Assembly (NCBI GenBank): GCA_002392285.1
Contig: DGGR01000003.1
Coordinates: forward strand, 1 to 10,258
DNA from: Verrucomicrobia bacterium UBA3869
Lineage (GTDB): Bacteria > Verrucomicrobiota > Verrucomicrobiia > Opitutales > UBA9783
DNA: 10,258 nucleotides
Direction of reading: 5' to 3'
Part shown: positions 1 through 6,768 of the stretch, one piece after another
Position numbering within the stretch: the stretch's first letter is position 1
Layout: every line of letters starts with the position of its first letter
Notes under the pieces: generated by a model
Database searches by the model: none
What the model saw: only the letters and a program-made list of their open reading frames with translations
Told to the model about the DNA's origin: nothing
Position numbers and translations under genes: made by a program

Positions 1-33
1 TGCAGAAATGCAGAACGGTAATTAAGTCTGTGT

Positions 34-47
34 ATTGTTTAAACAAT
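34..47. promoter_or_regulatory. Perfect 14-bp palindrome ATTGTTTAAACAAT, candidate operator upstream of the peroxiredoxin gene
   Basis: The sequence is its own reverse complement. Its last base is the first T of the TTGACT -35-like hexamer at 47-52. Confidence 0.3.
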
Positions 48-75
48 TGACTCTTTTAACAGGAAGCATTACCGT
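47..75 (+). promoter_or_regulatory. Candidate sigma70-type promoter for the peroxiredoxin/helicase operon
   Basis: TTGACT (47-52), a 17-nt spacer, then TACCGT (70-75), which keeps the conserved T1, A2 and T6 of the -10 hexamer. The ATG is at 85, so any leader would be about 3 nt. Confidence 0.35.
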
Positions 76-84
76 AAAAGTGCT

Positions 85-738
85 ATGAGTGATTGCAGTT
101 TAGGGAATGTAAGCAATACGTTGGTTGGGCAAAAGGCTCCTGATTTTAAAGCGACAGCGGTGATTAATGGAGACGAAATTGTTGAGAACTGGTCGCTTAG
201 TCAATTTTTTGGTAAAAAATACATTGTATTATGCTTTTATCCCAAAGATTTTACGTTTGTATGTCCGACGGAACTGCATGCGTTTCAAGCTGCATTGGAT
301 GCGTTTAAGCAACGTTCTACCGAGGTGGTTGCTTGTTCCACGGATTCAGAAGCAAGCCATTATGCTTGGTTGCAACAACCCAAGGAACAGGGCGGCATTC
401 AAGGGGTAACCTATCCCTTGATTGCGGATATCTCAAAAACGATTGCGTGTCGTTATGGAGTCTTAGCGGGGCATTATTACCAAAACGAGCAGGGGTGGCA
501 GTCTGAAGGTCCAATGGTAGCGTATCGTGGGTTATTTTTAATTGATAAAGCAGGGATTGTTCAACACCAAGTGGTCAACAATCTGTCGTTAGGGCGTTCG
601 GTTGATGAGACGTTAAGAATGGTGGATGCTTTGCAGCATGTTGAGCAGTATGGTGAAGTGTGCCCCATTAATTGGCATAAAGGTGATCAAGCGATGACTC
701 CGAATACTGATGGGCTTCATCGTTATTTTAGTAAATGA
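85..738 (+). CDS. Typical 2-Cys peroxiredoxin (AhpC/TSA family)
   Basis: 217-aa ORF. The peroxidatic Cys lies in FYPKDFTFVCPTE (C60) and the resolving Cys in GEVCPINW (C193). RGLFLID and GRSVDETLR are conserved Prx1/AhpC blocks. Confidence 0.9.
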   Translation: MSDCSLGNVSNTLVGQKAPDFKATAVINGDEIVENWSLSQFFGKKYIVLCFYPKDFTFVCPTELHAFQAALDAFKQRSTEVVACSTDSEASHYAWLQQPKEQGGIQGVTYPLIADISKTIACRYGVLAGHYYQNEQGWQSEGPMVAYRGLFLIDKAGIVQHQVVNNLSLGRSVDETLRMVDALQHVEQYGEVCPINWHKGDQAMTPNTDGLHRYFSK

Positions 739-2942
739 CCGATCAGGATCGGCGGAATTCTTTTTGTACCGAGGTTGATCGGAACTTTTCAGTTATTGCG
801 CCAGCGGGGGTTGGAAAGACTACTGCGTTGGTCGAGCGGATTGCCTACCTAGCAAATCAGAACCCAGAGAAATTAACGCATTTATATGTGCTGTCTTATA
901 CGAACGAGGCGGCAGCTTCGTTAAAGCGGCGTGTCCAGAAACGGATTGGCGGTAATTCCAACTATCAGCTTGATTGCCTCAAACAGGGATTTTTTGGAAC
1001 AATTCATAGCTTGTGTTTGAAGGTGATTAGGGTATTGGATCCAACCCCCTATGTACTATTAACAGACGAGGAAGGTTTAAAGCGTGCATTTATGGAATCC
1101 CTCACAGCGTCTGATCCGGATTTAGCTAGGTTTAACCATTTATTTCGTTTTTGGGAGCTTCGTGAATTGATAACTGGTACCCATAATCGCTTTTTATCCT
1201 CAAAAGCTAACGACCCATCCAGCGATTCCTTGGATCTAACAGCTATTGAAGGCCTTTTGAGGTATGAATGGCATAAAGCGCCCCAGCGGTCTCAAGCTGC
1301 GATTAAAAAAACACTGGATGAGGTGGCTAGTTGGTTAAAAGCTTATCAGCAAACAACAGAATGGATGTCTTACGTAGGACTGCCCACCTGTCATTCGAGT
1401 TATAAGAACTTTAAACCCCTTTTTGATGACGCTTTTCGCCCTCTTTTGATTCGATTAGAAGCTGATGCAGTAGCTTGTTGTCGAATCTTGTCGGAACGTT
1501 ATTTCCAATTTCGGAAAACACGCGGGTATTTAACCTATGATGATTACAGCGTGTGGGCGAACCGTTGTCTTCAAACTCAGAAAGCAAAGGAGTATTATGG
1601 TACGCAGCCGGTTAATATCTTGTTGGATGAGGCACAGGATACGGATCCTTTACAGTTTGAATTTTTGAAAACCTTCTGTTCCTTACACCCAGAGAGTCAA
1701 TTTTCTATGGTGGGTGATCCGCAACAGTCGATTTACGATGAGCGGGCGGATGTAAAAAGTTATTTAGCCTATCATAAGCAATTAACAAGCTCCAAGGAGT
1801 GCGAAGCGTTAACGTTTTCCTGTACCCATCGCTGTCCTCCAGCTATCGTCAACACGCTCAATAAACGCTTCCCAAAGATTTTTGATGGAGCCCATAATGT
1901 GCCCTATGTATCGTTAGAAACCGATGTCAGCGACCCTGGTACGTTTCAGTCGATTGCTATGGATCCGGATGTTGATGCTGAGCATGCGACTCAACAGGAG
2001 GCTCAATGTATTGAAAACCTCTTACTGGGGCCATTAAAAGGCCATGCTTTATCCGATGTCTGCTTGTTAGTTCCACGGAAAGCCTGGCTATACGAACTCA
2101 AGCAAGCGCTGGAAGGATTGGGTCGAAAGGTGCAGCTGCATTCTACTCAAGAAACAGGGCGCTATAATTCCCTTTTTTGTGCCTGCTTAACGCTGATTCA
2201 TGGTATTCATACTCCGGAAGATACCTTTGAGTTGATGGGGTTCTTACATACGGTGTTGCACTGTTCCGATTGTGATTTGGCTTATGAAGCGCGGCAACCA
2301 GATAAGGTACCGAACGAAACACGCAAGAAAATAGATAACGTGAAGGCCCTGGTTCAGAATTGTGCTGATTTGTCGCTTTGCGAGGGTCTAGAACGGATCA
2401 TCGATACGCTTAAGAAGCTTTGTCCGCCAAGCGACCACGATGCATATTTTATCGATAAAGTTTTTTCAGAAGCCTTTGAGGCGCAGCAACAGGGGCAATC
2501 ATGGGCCAATTTAGAGCTGCGTTTGCGTTCCTATTTGGATCAACCCGTGGATTCAGCTGTTACGGTCGATCCCAATGCCTTGCAAGGGTTCACCTATCAC
2601 AAAGCAAAAGGATTGGAATGGGAAACGGTTATCTTGCCTTATTTTTACCGCCCGTATCGAGGGGCTCATAAAAGCTATCCGTACGTCCATTGCACGCATT
2701 GTATCTTAAATTCATCTTTCGTGGATACAGCATCTCCCCTTGTGGATGTGAAAGGGGATGAGAAGCGCAATCTACAACGGCTGTTATACGTCGCCCTTAC
2801 GCGAGCAAAAATGAATTGCTTTTGGGTCAATGACGCACACGTTAAGTGTGGGAAGAATGGAACGAGTAAGTGGAACGAAAGCCTATCCTTTGGTAGTCTT
2901 TGGGATGAGGGGCGTCCCGAACAGAATGAGGGCACAATCTAG
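735..2942 (+). CDS. UvrD/Rep/PcrA-family superfamily 1 DNA helicase, with no recognisable nuclease domain
   Basis: 735-aa ORF with the SF1A motifs in order:
- I: APAGVGKTT
- Ia: SYTNEAAASLKRR
- Ib: GTIHSLC
- II: LLDEAQD
- III: MVGDPQQSIY
- IV-like: THRCPPAI
- V: YHKAKGLEWETV
- VI: LLYVALTRAK

Its ATG at 735 overlaps the upstream TGA at 736-738. Confidence 0.85.
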   Translation: MTDQDRRNSFCTEVDRNFSVIAPAGVGKTTALVERIAYLANQNPEKLTHLYVLSYTNEAAASLKRRVQKRIGGNSNYQLDCLKQGFFGTIHSLCLKVIRVLDPTPYVLLTDEEGLKRAFMESLTASDPDLARFNHLFRFWELRELITGTHNRFLSSKANDPSSDSLDLTAIEGLLRYEWHKAPQRSQAAIKKTLDEVASWLKAYQQTTEWMSYVGLPTCHSSYKNFKPLFDDAFRPLLIRLEADAVACCRILSERYFQFRKTRGYLTYDDYSVWANRCLQTQKAKEYYGTQPVNILLDEAQDTDPLQFEFLKTFCSLHPESQFSMVGDPQQSIYDERADVKSYLAYHKQLTSSKECEALTFSCTHRCPPAIVNTLNKRFPKIFDGAHNVPYVSLETDVSDPGTFQSIAMDPDVDAEHATQQEAQCIENLLLGPLKGHALSDVCLLVPRKAWLYELKQALEGLGRKVQLHSTQETGRYNSLFCACLTLIHGIHTPEDTFELMGFLHTVLHCSDCDLAYEARQPDKVPNETRKKIDNVKALVQNCADLSLCEGLERIIDTLKKLCPPSDHDAYFIDKVFSEAFEAQQQGQSWANLELRLRSYLDQPVDSAVTVDPNALQGFTYHKAKGLEWETVILPYFYRPYRGAHKSYPYVHCTHCILNSSFVDTASPLVDVKGDEKRNLQRLLYVALTRAKMNCFWVNDAHVKCGKNGTSKWNESLSFGSLWDEGRPEQNEGTI

Positions 2943-2945
2943 CGT

Positions 2946-4322
2946 TTATTTTTTCTTCATCCAATAAAGGGTACGCAGGCTTCCGGATATGGCCTGTTTG
3001 GCCTTAATGGAAAAGAAGGTTTCAAATGAACGTTCGAAGTGTTCCTGCGTGTAGTCATCAAAAACATCCTTACGGTTAAGCAACATTTCTTGAATTTTAC
3101 TGTCTTCTTTCGGAATAAATTCAATGATGATGGCGTTGAACAATTTGGCAAAATAGGAAGCCAATGCTCCAAAAGGAACGTTGTTTCCGATGGCCAAGTG
3201 ATGGATGAGTGCCAAGATAAGACCGCAGTCAGCAGGACCGCGTTGATGCAACGCTAAACGTTCTTGATTGGCCCAACCGATTCCGCCGCTGGGATTGGTT
3301 AAATCGAGCTGTAATGGCAGTAGATTGGTTTCTTGCGTTTTTTTGATGGTTAGGTAATTTTTCTCAACCGCTAGCGGGTCGATATCAAAGGCAACCGTTG
3401 GAATACCCTTGGCGCTCGCCAATCGACTGAAATTCCCATTGTTGGCTCCTAGATCCCATACGGTTTTAGGGTTGATGGCTTGCAAGAATTGGTCTACCCA
3501 TTTGGTTTTTTTGTCAAAACTGTGTTCGTTGTAATTTGTTGTGGCATAGTAATTGCCCCACTCGGTTGGTGCTTTCTTAGGTTTGATACCCCCAATGGCC
3601 ATTTGTAAGGCATCCATCAACTTGAGCATTTTTTCTTTCGGCAGTGTGCGTTGAACCTTTTTGCGATGCGCGGAATATTTTTGCGTTGCACTGTACGGAA
3701 GCTTAACATACAGCCAATAATTGAGCGACAACCATTTGCGGTTTGGCAACAGCGTATAAATGACATCCTCAGGGATACCATCAATCCACAGCCGTAATAG
3801 TTGATTCGCCCGTAAATCAACCATCTGCATGAGCATGAGCGGATACAGAAAATGGCGCAAGAATTGACCAAACGCAATCCATGGGTTGGGCTCAAACCGT
3901 TCAAACGATAGGGTGTCGATAAAGATCGGTTTCCCGTTTACAAATTGAATGTTATAAGCACTAGCATCTTTTAATGAGAAGCCCCACTCCACCAACTGCT
4001 TTTGGAGGGCTAAGGTATGGAGGGCTGCGTCTTTCAATTGACTGAACGACCATTCGTAGGGATACGAGATGAAGGGGATTTTTTCTGCCTCTAAATCAAT
4101 ATGATCCTCGCCGTAATAAACTTCTTTATGCGGAACCAGAAAGCCTTTTTCTATGAGTTTATCATAAACCTGTTCAGCTTTAAGCGCATCATAAGTTGCC
4201 TTGTAACAAGGGTTGATGCGTCGGTAAATACGTCCGTTTGCGCTAAATACGAATCCACTAGGATCCCGAAAAGAACCGCTGTTTTGTTGTTCATTCATGA
4301 TGGAGGAAGTCATATCAGCCAT
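2946..4322 (-). CDS. Fusion of an N-terminal kinase-like domain and a C-terminal class I SAM-dependent methyltransferase (NoeA-like family, substrate unknown)
   Basis: 458-aa ORF. The C-terminal half has the SAM motif I VWDLGANNG, an acidic motif II (AFDID) and LQLDLTNP. The N-terminal half has FRDPSGFVF, SYPYEWSF, and LKDASAYN...FIDTLSF, which reads as D119-x4-N124 followed by D136. Confidence 0.8.
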   Translation of the reverse strand: MADMTSSIMNEQQNSGSFRDPSGFVFSANGRIYRRINPCYKATYDALKAEQVYDKLIEKGFLVPHKEVYYGEDHIDLEAEKIPFISYPYEWSFSQLKDAALHTLALQKQLVEWGFSLKDASAYNIQFVNGKPIFIDTLSFERFEPNPWIAFGQFLRHFLYPLMLMQMVDLRANQLLRLWIDGIPEDVIYTLLPNRKWLSLNYWLYVKLPYSATQKYSAHRKKVQRTLPKEKMLKLMDALQMAIGGIKPKKAPTEWGNYYATTNYNEHSFDKKTKWVDQFLQAINPKTVWDLGANNGNFSRLASAKGIPTVAFDIDPLAVEKNYLTIKKTQETNLLPLQLDLTNPSGGIGWANQERLALHQRGPADCGLILALIHHLAIGNNVPFGALASYFAKLFNAIIIEFIPKEDSKIQEMLLNRKDVFDDYTQEHFERSFETFFSIKAKQAISGSLRTLYWMKKK

Positions 4323-4380
4323 TAAAATTATTTGAACAGCAACGGCAACGTTTAAATACCCAGAGGAAGGTGAATTGCAA

Positions 4381-4409
4381 TTGCATTTCCCAAGGCTTGT
4401 GATTATAAT
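4381..4409 (+). promoter_or_regulatory. Sigma70-type promoter for the FliO-like gene
   Basis: TTGCAT (4381-4386), a 17-nt spacer, then the consensus TATAAT (4404-4409). The ATG is at 4419. The 10-bp palindrome TGCAATTGCA (4376-4385) overlaps the -35. Confidence 0.55.
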
Positions 4410-4418
4410 TAAACTATT

Positions 4419-4712
4419 ATGAATGAATTAATCGATTCGCTTTTACCTTTGTGGCAAGAATATCAAGCTCTTATCATCCTGATCGCCGCCTTAAGTATTA
4501 TGTTGATGGGTTGGTTGTTGGTTCGCAAGCCCTGCTGTTGTCGGATCAAGCGTTCGGATGCAATCAATATTGTCGATGTAAAGAGTTTAGGCGGCCGAAA
4601 ATTCCTGATGATTGTCAGTTGCGGACAACAGAAAATGTTGTTAGCGGTAGAGCCGAATGGTATCCGTTACCTATGCCCATTAGGCAACGATGAGAAAACA
4701 GAAAGTAAGTAG
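4419..4712 (+). CDS. Small single-pass membrane protein, FliO-like
   Basis: 97-aa ORF. One N-terminal hydrophobic helix (ALIILIAALSIMLMGWLLV) is followed by INIVDVKSLGGRKFLMIVSCGQQKMLLAVEPNGIRYL. This aligns by eye with the conserved FliO core, e.g. E. coli LKISASASLGARERVVVVDVEDARLVLGVTAGQINLL as I remember it. Confidence 0.5.
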   Translation: MNELIDSLLPLWQEYQALIILIAALSIMLMGWLLVRKPCCCRIKRSDAINIVDVKSLGGRKFLMIVSCGQQKMLLAVEPNGIRYLCPLGNDEKTESK

Positions 4713-4729
4713 TCGTATCGCGCAAGATT

Positions 4730-4738
4730 TGATAGAAT
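4730..4738 (+). promoter_or_regulatory. Candidate extended -10 promoter element upstream of fbaB
   Basis: TGaTAGAAT matches the TGnTAtAAT extended -10 pattern and ends 8 nt before the ATG at 4747. There is no convincing -35. Confidence 0.3.
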
Positions 4739-4746
4739 AAAAGCAT

Positions 4747-5802
4747 ATGATCAATAAGCATATTCAACAGTTTTTGGAAGCCGACAAAGGGCATTTAACC
4801 CAGCATGTATGCCGTACCATCCCAAAAGAAAAGTTGGCATTGCCAGGTCCAGATTTCGTGGATCGGGTATGTGTTCATAGTAATCGCTCCAGTCGCGTGT
4901 TACAAAGCTTAAGCAGCATCCGGAACCATGGGCGCTTGGCCGGAACCGGCTATGTTTCGATTTTGCCGGTTGATCAAGGAGTCGAACACTCAGCGGGAGC
5001 TAGTTTTGCCCCCAATCCTGATTATTTTGATCCGGAAAATCTTGTGCGTTTAGCCATCGAAGGAGGCTGCAACGCCATTGCATCGACCTACGGAGTGCTT
5101 GCAAGTGTAGCGCATAAGTATGCTCATAAAATTCCGTTTATTGTTAAGTTGAATCACAACGAATTGCTGACTTATCCCAATAAGTTTGATCAGATTTATT
5201 TTGCGGATGTCGATCAGGCGTGGAATTTAGGCGCAGTGGCTGTTGGCGCAACGATTTATTTTGGTTCTGCAGAATCGGATCGCCAAATTGAAGAAACTAG
5301 CGCTGCTTTTGCTCGGGCTCACGAATTGGGTATGGCAACCATCCTATGGTGCTATTTACGCAATGGTTCCTTTAAGACGGATAAACAAGATTATCATACC
5401 AGTGCCGATTTAACGGGTCAGGCTAACCATTTAGGGGCAACCATCGGAGCGGATATCGTAAAACAAAAATTGCCAACCAACAATGGTGGTTTTCGCGATT
5501 TGAAGTTTGGTAAAACGCACGATAAGGTTTATAGTGCGTTAACCTCGGATCATCCAATTGACTTAACCCGTTATCAAGTCGCCAATTGCTATATGGGGCG
5601 CATCGGATTGATCAATTCTGGAGGAGCTTCTGGATCCAATGATTTCCAGGATGCGATTACTACAGCAGTGGTTAACAAACGCGCAGGCGGTAGCGGATTA
5701 ATCTTAGGACGTAAGGCGTTCCAGAAGCCGTTTGCAGAAGGGGTTGAACTGCTTCACACCGTGCAGGATGTCTATTTGGATTCATCCATTACGATTGCCT
5801 AA
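4747..5802 (+). CDS. fbaB: Class I fructose-1,6-bisphosphate aldolase (FbaB/DhnA type)
   Basis: 351-aa ORF. It is near-colinear with my memory of E. coli FbaB across [63 protein letters not shown] (Schiff-base Lys region), NCYMGR.GLINSGG and the C-terminal [12 protein letters not shown]. Confidence 0.9.
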
Positions 5803-5839
5803 AAAACGGTCTATTGATTGCAACGGTCGATTCTAAACC

Positions 5840-5915
5840 TGGCAGGGAAAGTGGGATTCGAACCCACGACCTTCGGTTTAGAAAACCGTTGCTCTATCCA
5901 CTGAGCTATTTCCCC
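5840..5915 (-). tRNA. tRNA-Arg (anticodon TCT), CCA encoded
   Basis: Manual cloverleaf of 76 nt: acceptor GGGGAAA/TTTCCCT, D arm GCTC-AGTGGATA-GAGC, anticodon loop TTTCTAA, T arm GTGGG-TTCGAAT-CCCAC, discriminator G plus CCA. There is one A27-A43 mismatch. Confidence 0.9.
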
Positions 5916-5934
5916 AGTTTGCTAAACGAAAAAA

Positions 5935-6009
<75 letters not shown>

Positions 6010-6023
6010 TTACGATTGATTTA

Positions 6024-6053
6024 ATTTAAGAGAAACCCACTGTAAGGCGTCAA
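6024..6053 (-). promoter_or_regulatory. Candidate promoter for the minus-strand tRNA-CAT/tRNA-Arg(TCT) pair
   Basis: On the minus strand: TTGACG (6053-6048), an 18-nt spacer, then TTAAAT (6029-6024). The -10 ends 14 nt before the tRNA 5' end. Confidence 0.35.
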
Positions 6054-6130
6054 GTAAAATGCGTTTCTTTGGGAGGATGAGATAAGAAAAGGATTGCTTC
6101 GCGCATTTTTTAACGCATGTTAAAAGTAGT

Positions 6131-6205
6131 GCCCTCATAGTTCAAGGGATAGAACCGCGGTTTCCTAAACCGTTAATCCCAGTTCGAGTCTGGGTGCGGG
6201 CGCCA
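6131..6205 (+). tRNA. tRNA-Arg (anticodon CCT), CCA encoded
   Basis: Manual cloverleaf of 75 nt: acceptor GCCCTCA/TGCGGGC with a U5-C68 mismatch, D arm GTTC-AAGGGATA-GAAC, anticodon loop TTCCTAA, 4-nt variable loop, T arm CCCAG-TTCGAGT-CTGGG, discriminator G plus CCA. Confidence 0.85.
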
Positions 6206-6229
6206 TAGGGATAAGCGCCCATCAGAGTG

Positions 6230-6766
6230 ATGATTTTAAAGAAAAAAATAGTGGTTTTTTTGTGCTTCGGCCTTCTGCCGTTGATGTTGAAGGGCGTTGA
6301 GCAAGCTTCTGTCCCCCTAGTGATTGAAGATATGCATTGGGTGTATCGCAAGGATGACGATTTTAAAGGCATTGTTGAAGCGATTCGGGAGCAGGAAACC
6401 CAGCTTGATCGCGTGATTGTTCGATCGGACGCACACAAGCGGGAAGGATTATATTTAATCATTAAATTCAACCGTTGGTTATCCACCATTCCGGAGGCCA
6501 GTAGGATCCAAATCACCTTTATTATCAGCCCAGCTTTGGATGATCAAACGTGCGAACTCAGTCTGGAATACACTGGGCGTTTCATTTTCCCACAAAATGA
6601 ATTATGGGTTGGGCTTACCGATGAAGCGTTTTTAGGTCAATTGGATGATGCAGGGGTACTGGAGCGCGTTAAAGAGCATCGCAAGGGCTATTTAACGGCC
6701 TGGCAAGCTCATATCTTTGATCCAAATGGGAAGTGTATTGGGTACGGAGAAAGCTACGCCTGGTAA
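6230..6766 (+). CDS. Hypothetical exported protein with an N-terminal signal peptide
   Basis: The ORF track starts at GTG 6227, but I prefer the ATG at 6230. The N-terminus MILKKKIVVFLCFGLLPLMLKG is a basic n-region followed by a hydrophobic core. I recognise no conserved motif. The stop at 6764-6766 lies 2 nt before the priA ATG. Confidence 0.55.
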   Translation: MILKKKIVVFLCFGLLPLMLKGVEQASVPLVIEDMHWVYRKDDDFKGIVEAIREQETQLDRVIVRSDAHKREGLYLIIKFNRWLSTIPEASRIQITFIISPALDDQTCELSLEYTGRFIFPQNELWVGLTDEAFLGQLDDAGVLERVKEHRKGYLTAWQAHIFDPNGKCIGYGESYAW

Positions 6767-6768
6767 GC

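Noticed and set aside
1-21. Possible 3' end of an upstream + strand gene (..CRNAER then TAA at 19-21)
   Set aside because: Only six codons are visible, so it cannot be told apart from non-coding sequence.
167-514. Overlapping ORFs 167-409 (+) and 317-514 (-) inside the peroxiredoxin gene, and similar nested ORFs: 2675-2935, 2957-3172, 3039-3257, 3617-3904, 4101-4325, 4451-4693, 7067-7309, 7942-8196, 8066-8272, 8559-8744 and 8870-9070
   Set aside because: All lie within or antisense to strongly supported CDSs or tRNA-His. None has a recognisable motif, and their composition is typical of off-frame translation.
735-4322. SF1 helicase next to a methyltransferase, considered as a restriction-modification, DISARM or BREX-like defence module
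   Set aside because: The genes are convergent rather than co-oriented. The methyltransferase shows small-molecule or protein class I motifs and no canonical DNA-methyltransferase motif (no (D/N)PP(Y/F), no PC/ENV). No nuclease, PLD, ATPase or other partner genes are present, and the flanks are housekeeping genes. I have no positive evidence for a defence role.
5805-5832. Direct repeat AACGGTCtATT / AACGGTCgATT (5805-5815 and 5822-5832) between the fbaB stop and tRNA-Arg(TCT)
   Set aside because: It is only 11 bp with one mismatch and forms no hairpin. It could be chance or a minor protein-binding site, and there is not enough signal to interpret it.
6142-6516. 124-aa minus-strand ORF
   Set aside because: It lies antisense to the signal-peptide ORF and runs through tRNA-Arg(CCT). 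The sequence is low-complexity and motif-free, and is best explained as a shadow ORF.
6733-6768. GTG start at 6733 for priA, as given in the ORF track
   Set aside because: It would overlap the upstream gene by 34 nt and add a basic 12-residue extension (MYWVRRKLRLVS). The ATG at 6769 gives an N-terminus typical of PriA and sits 2 nt after the upstream stop.
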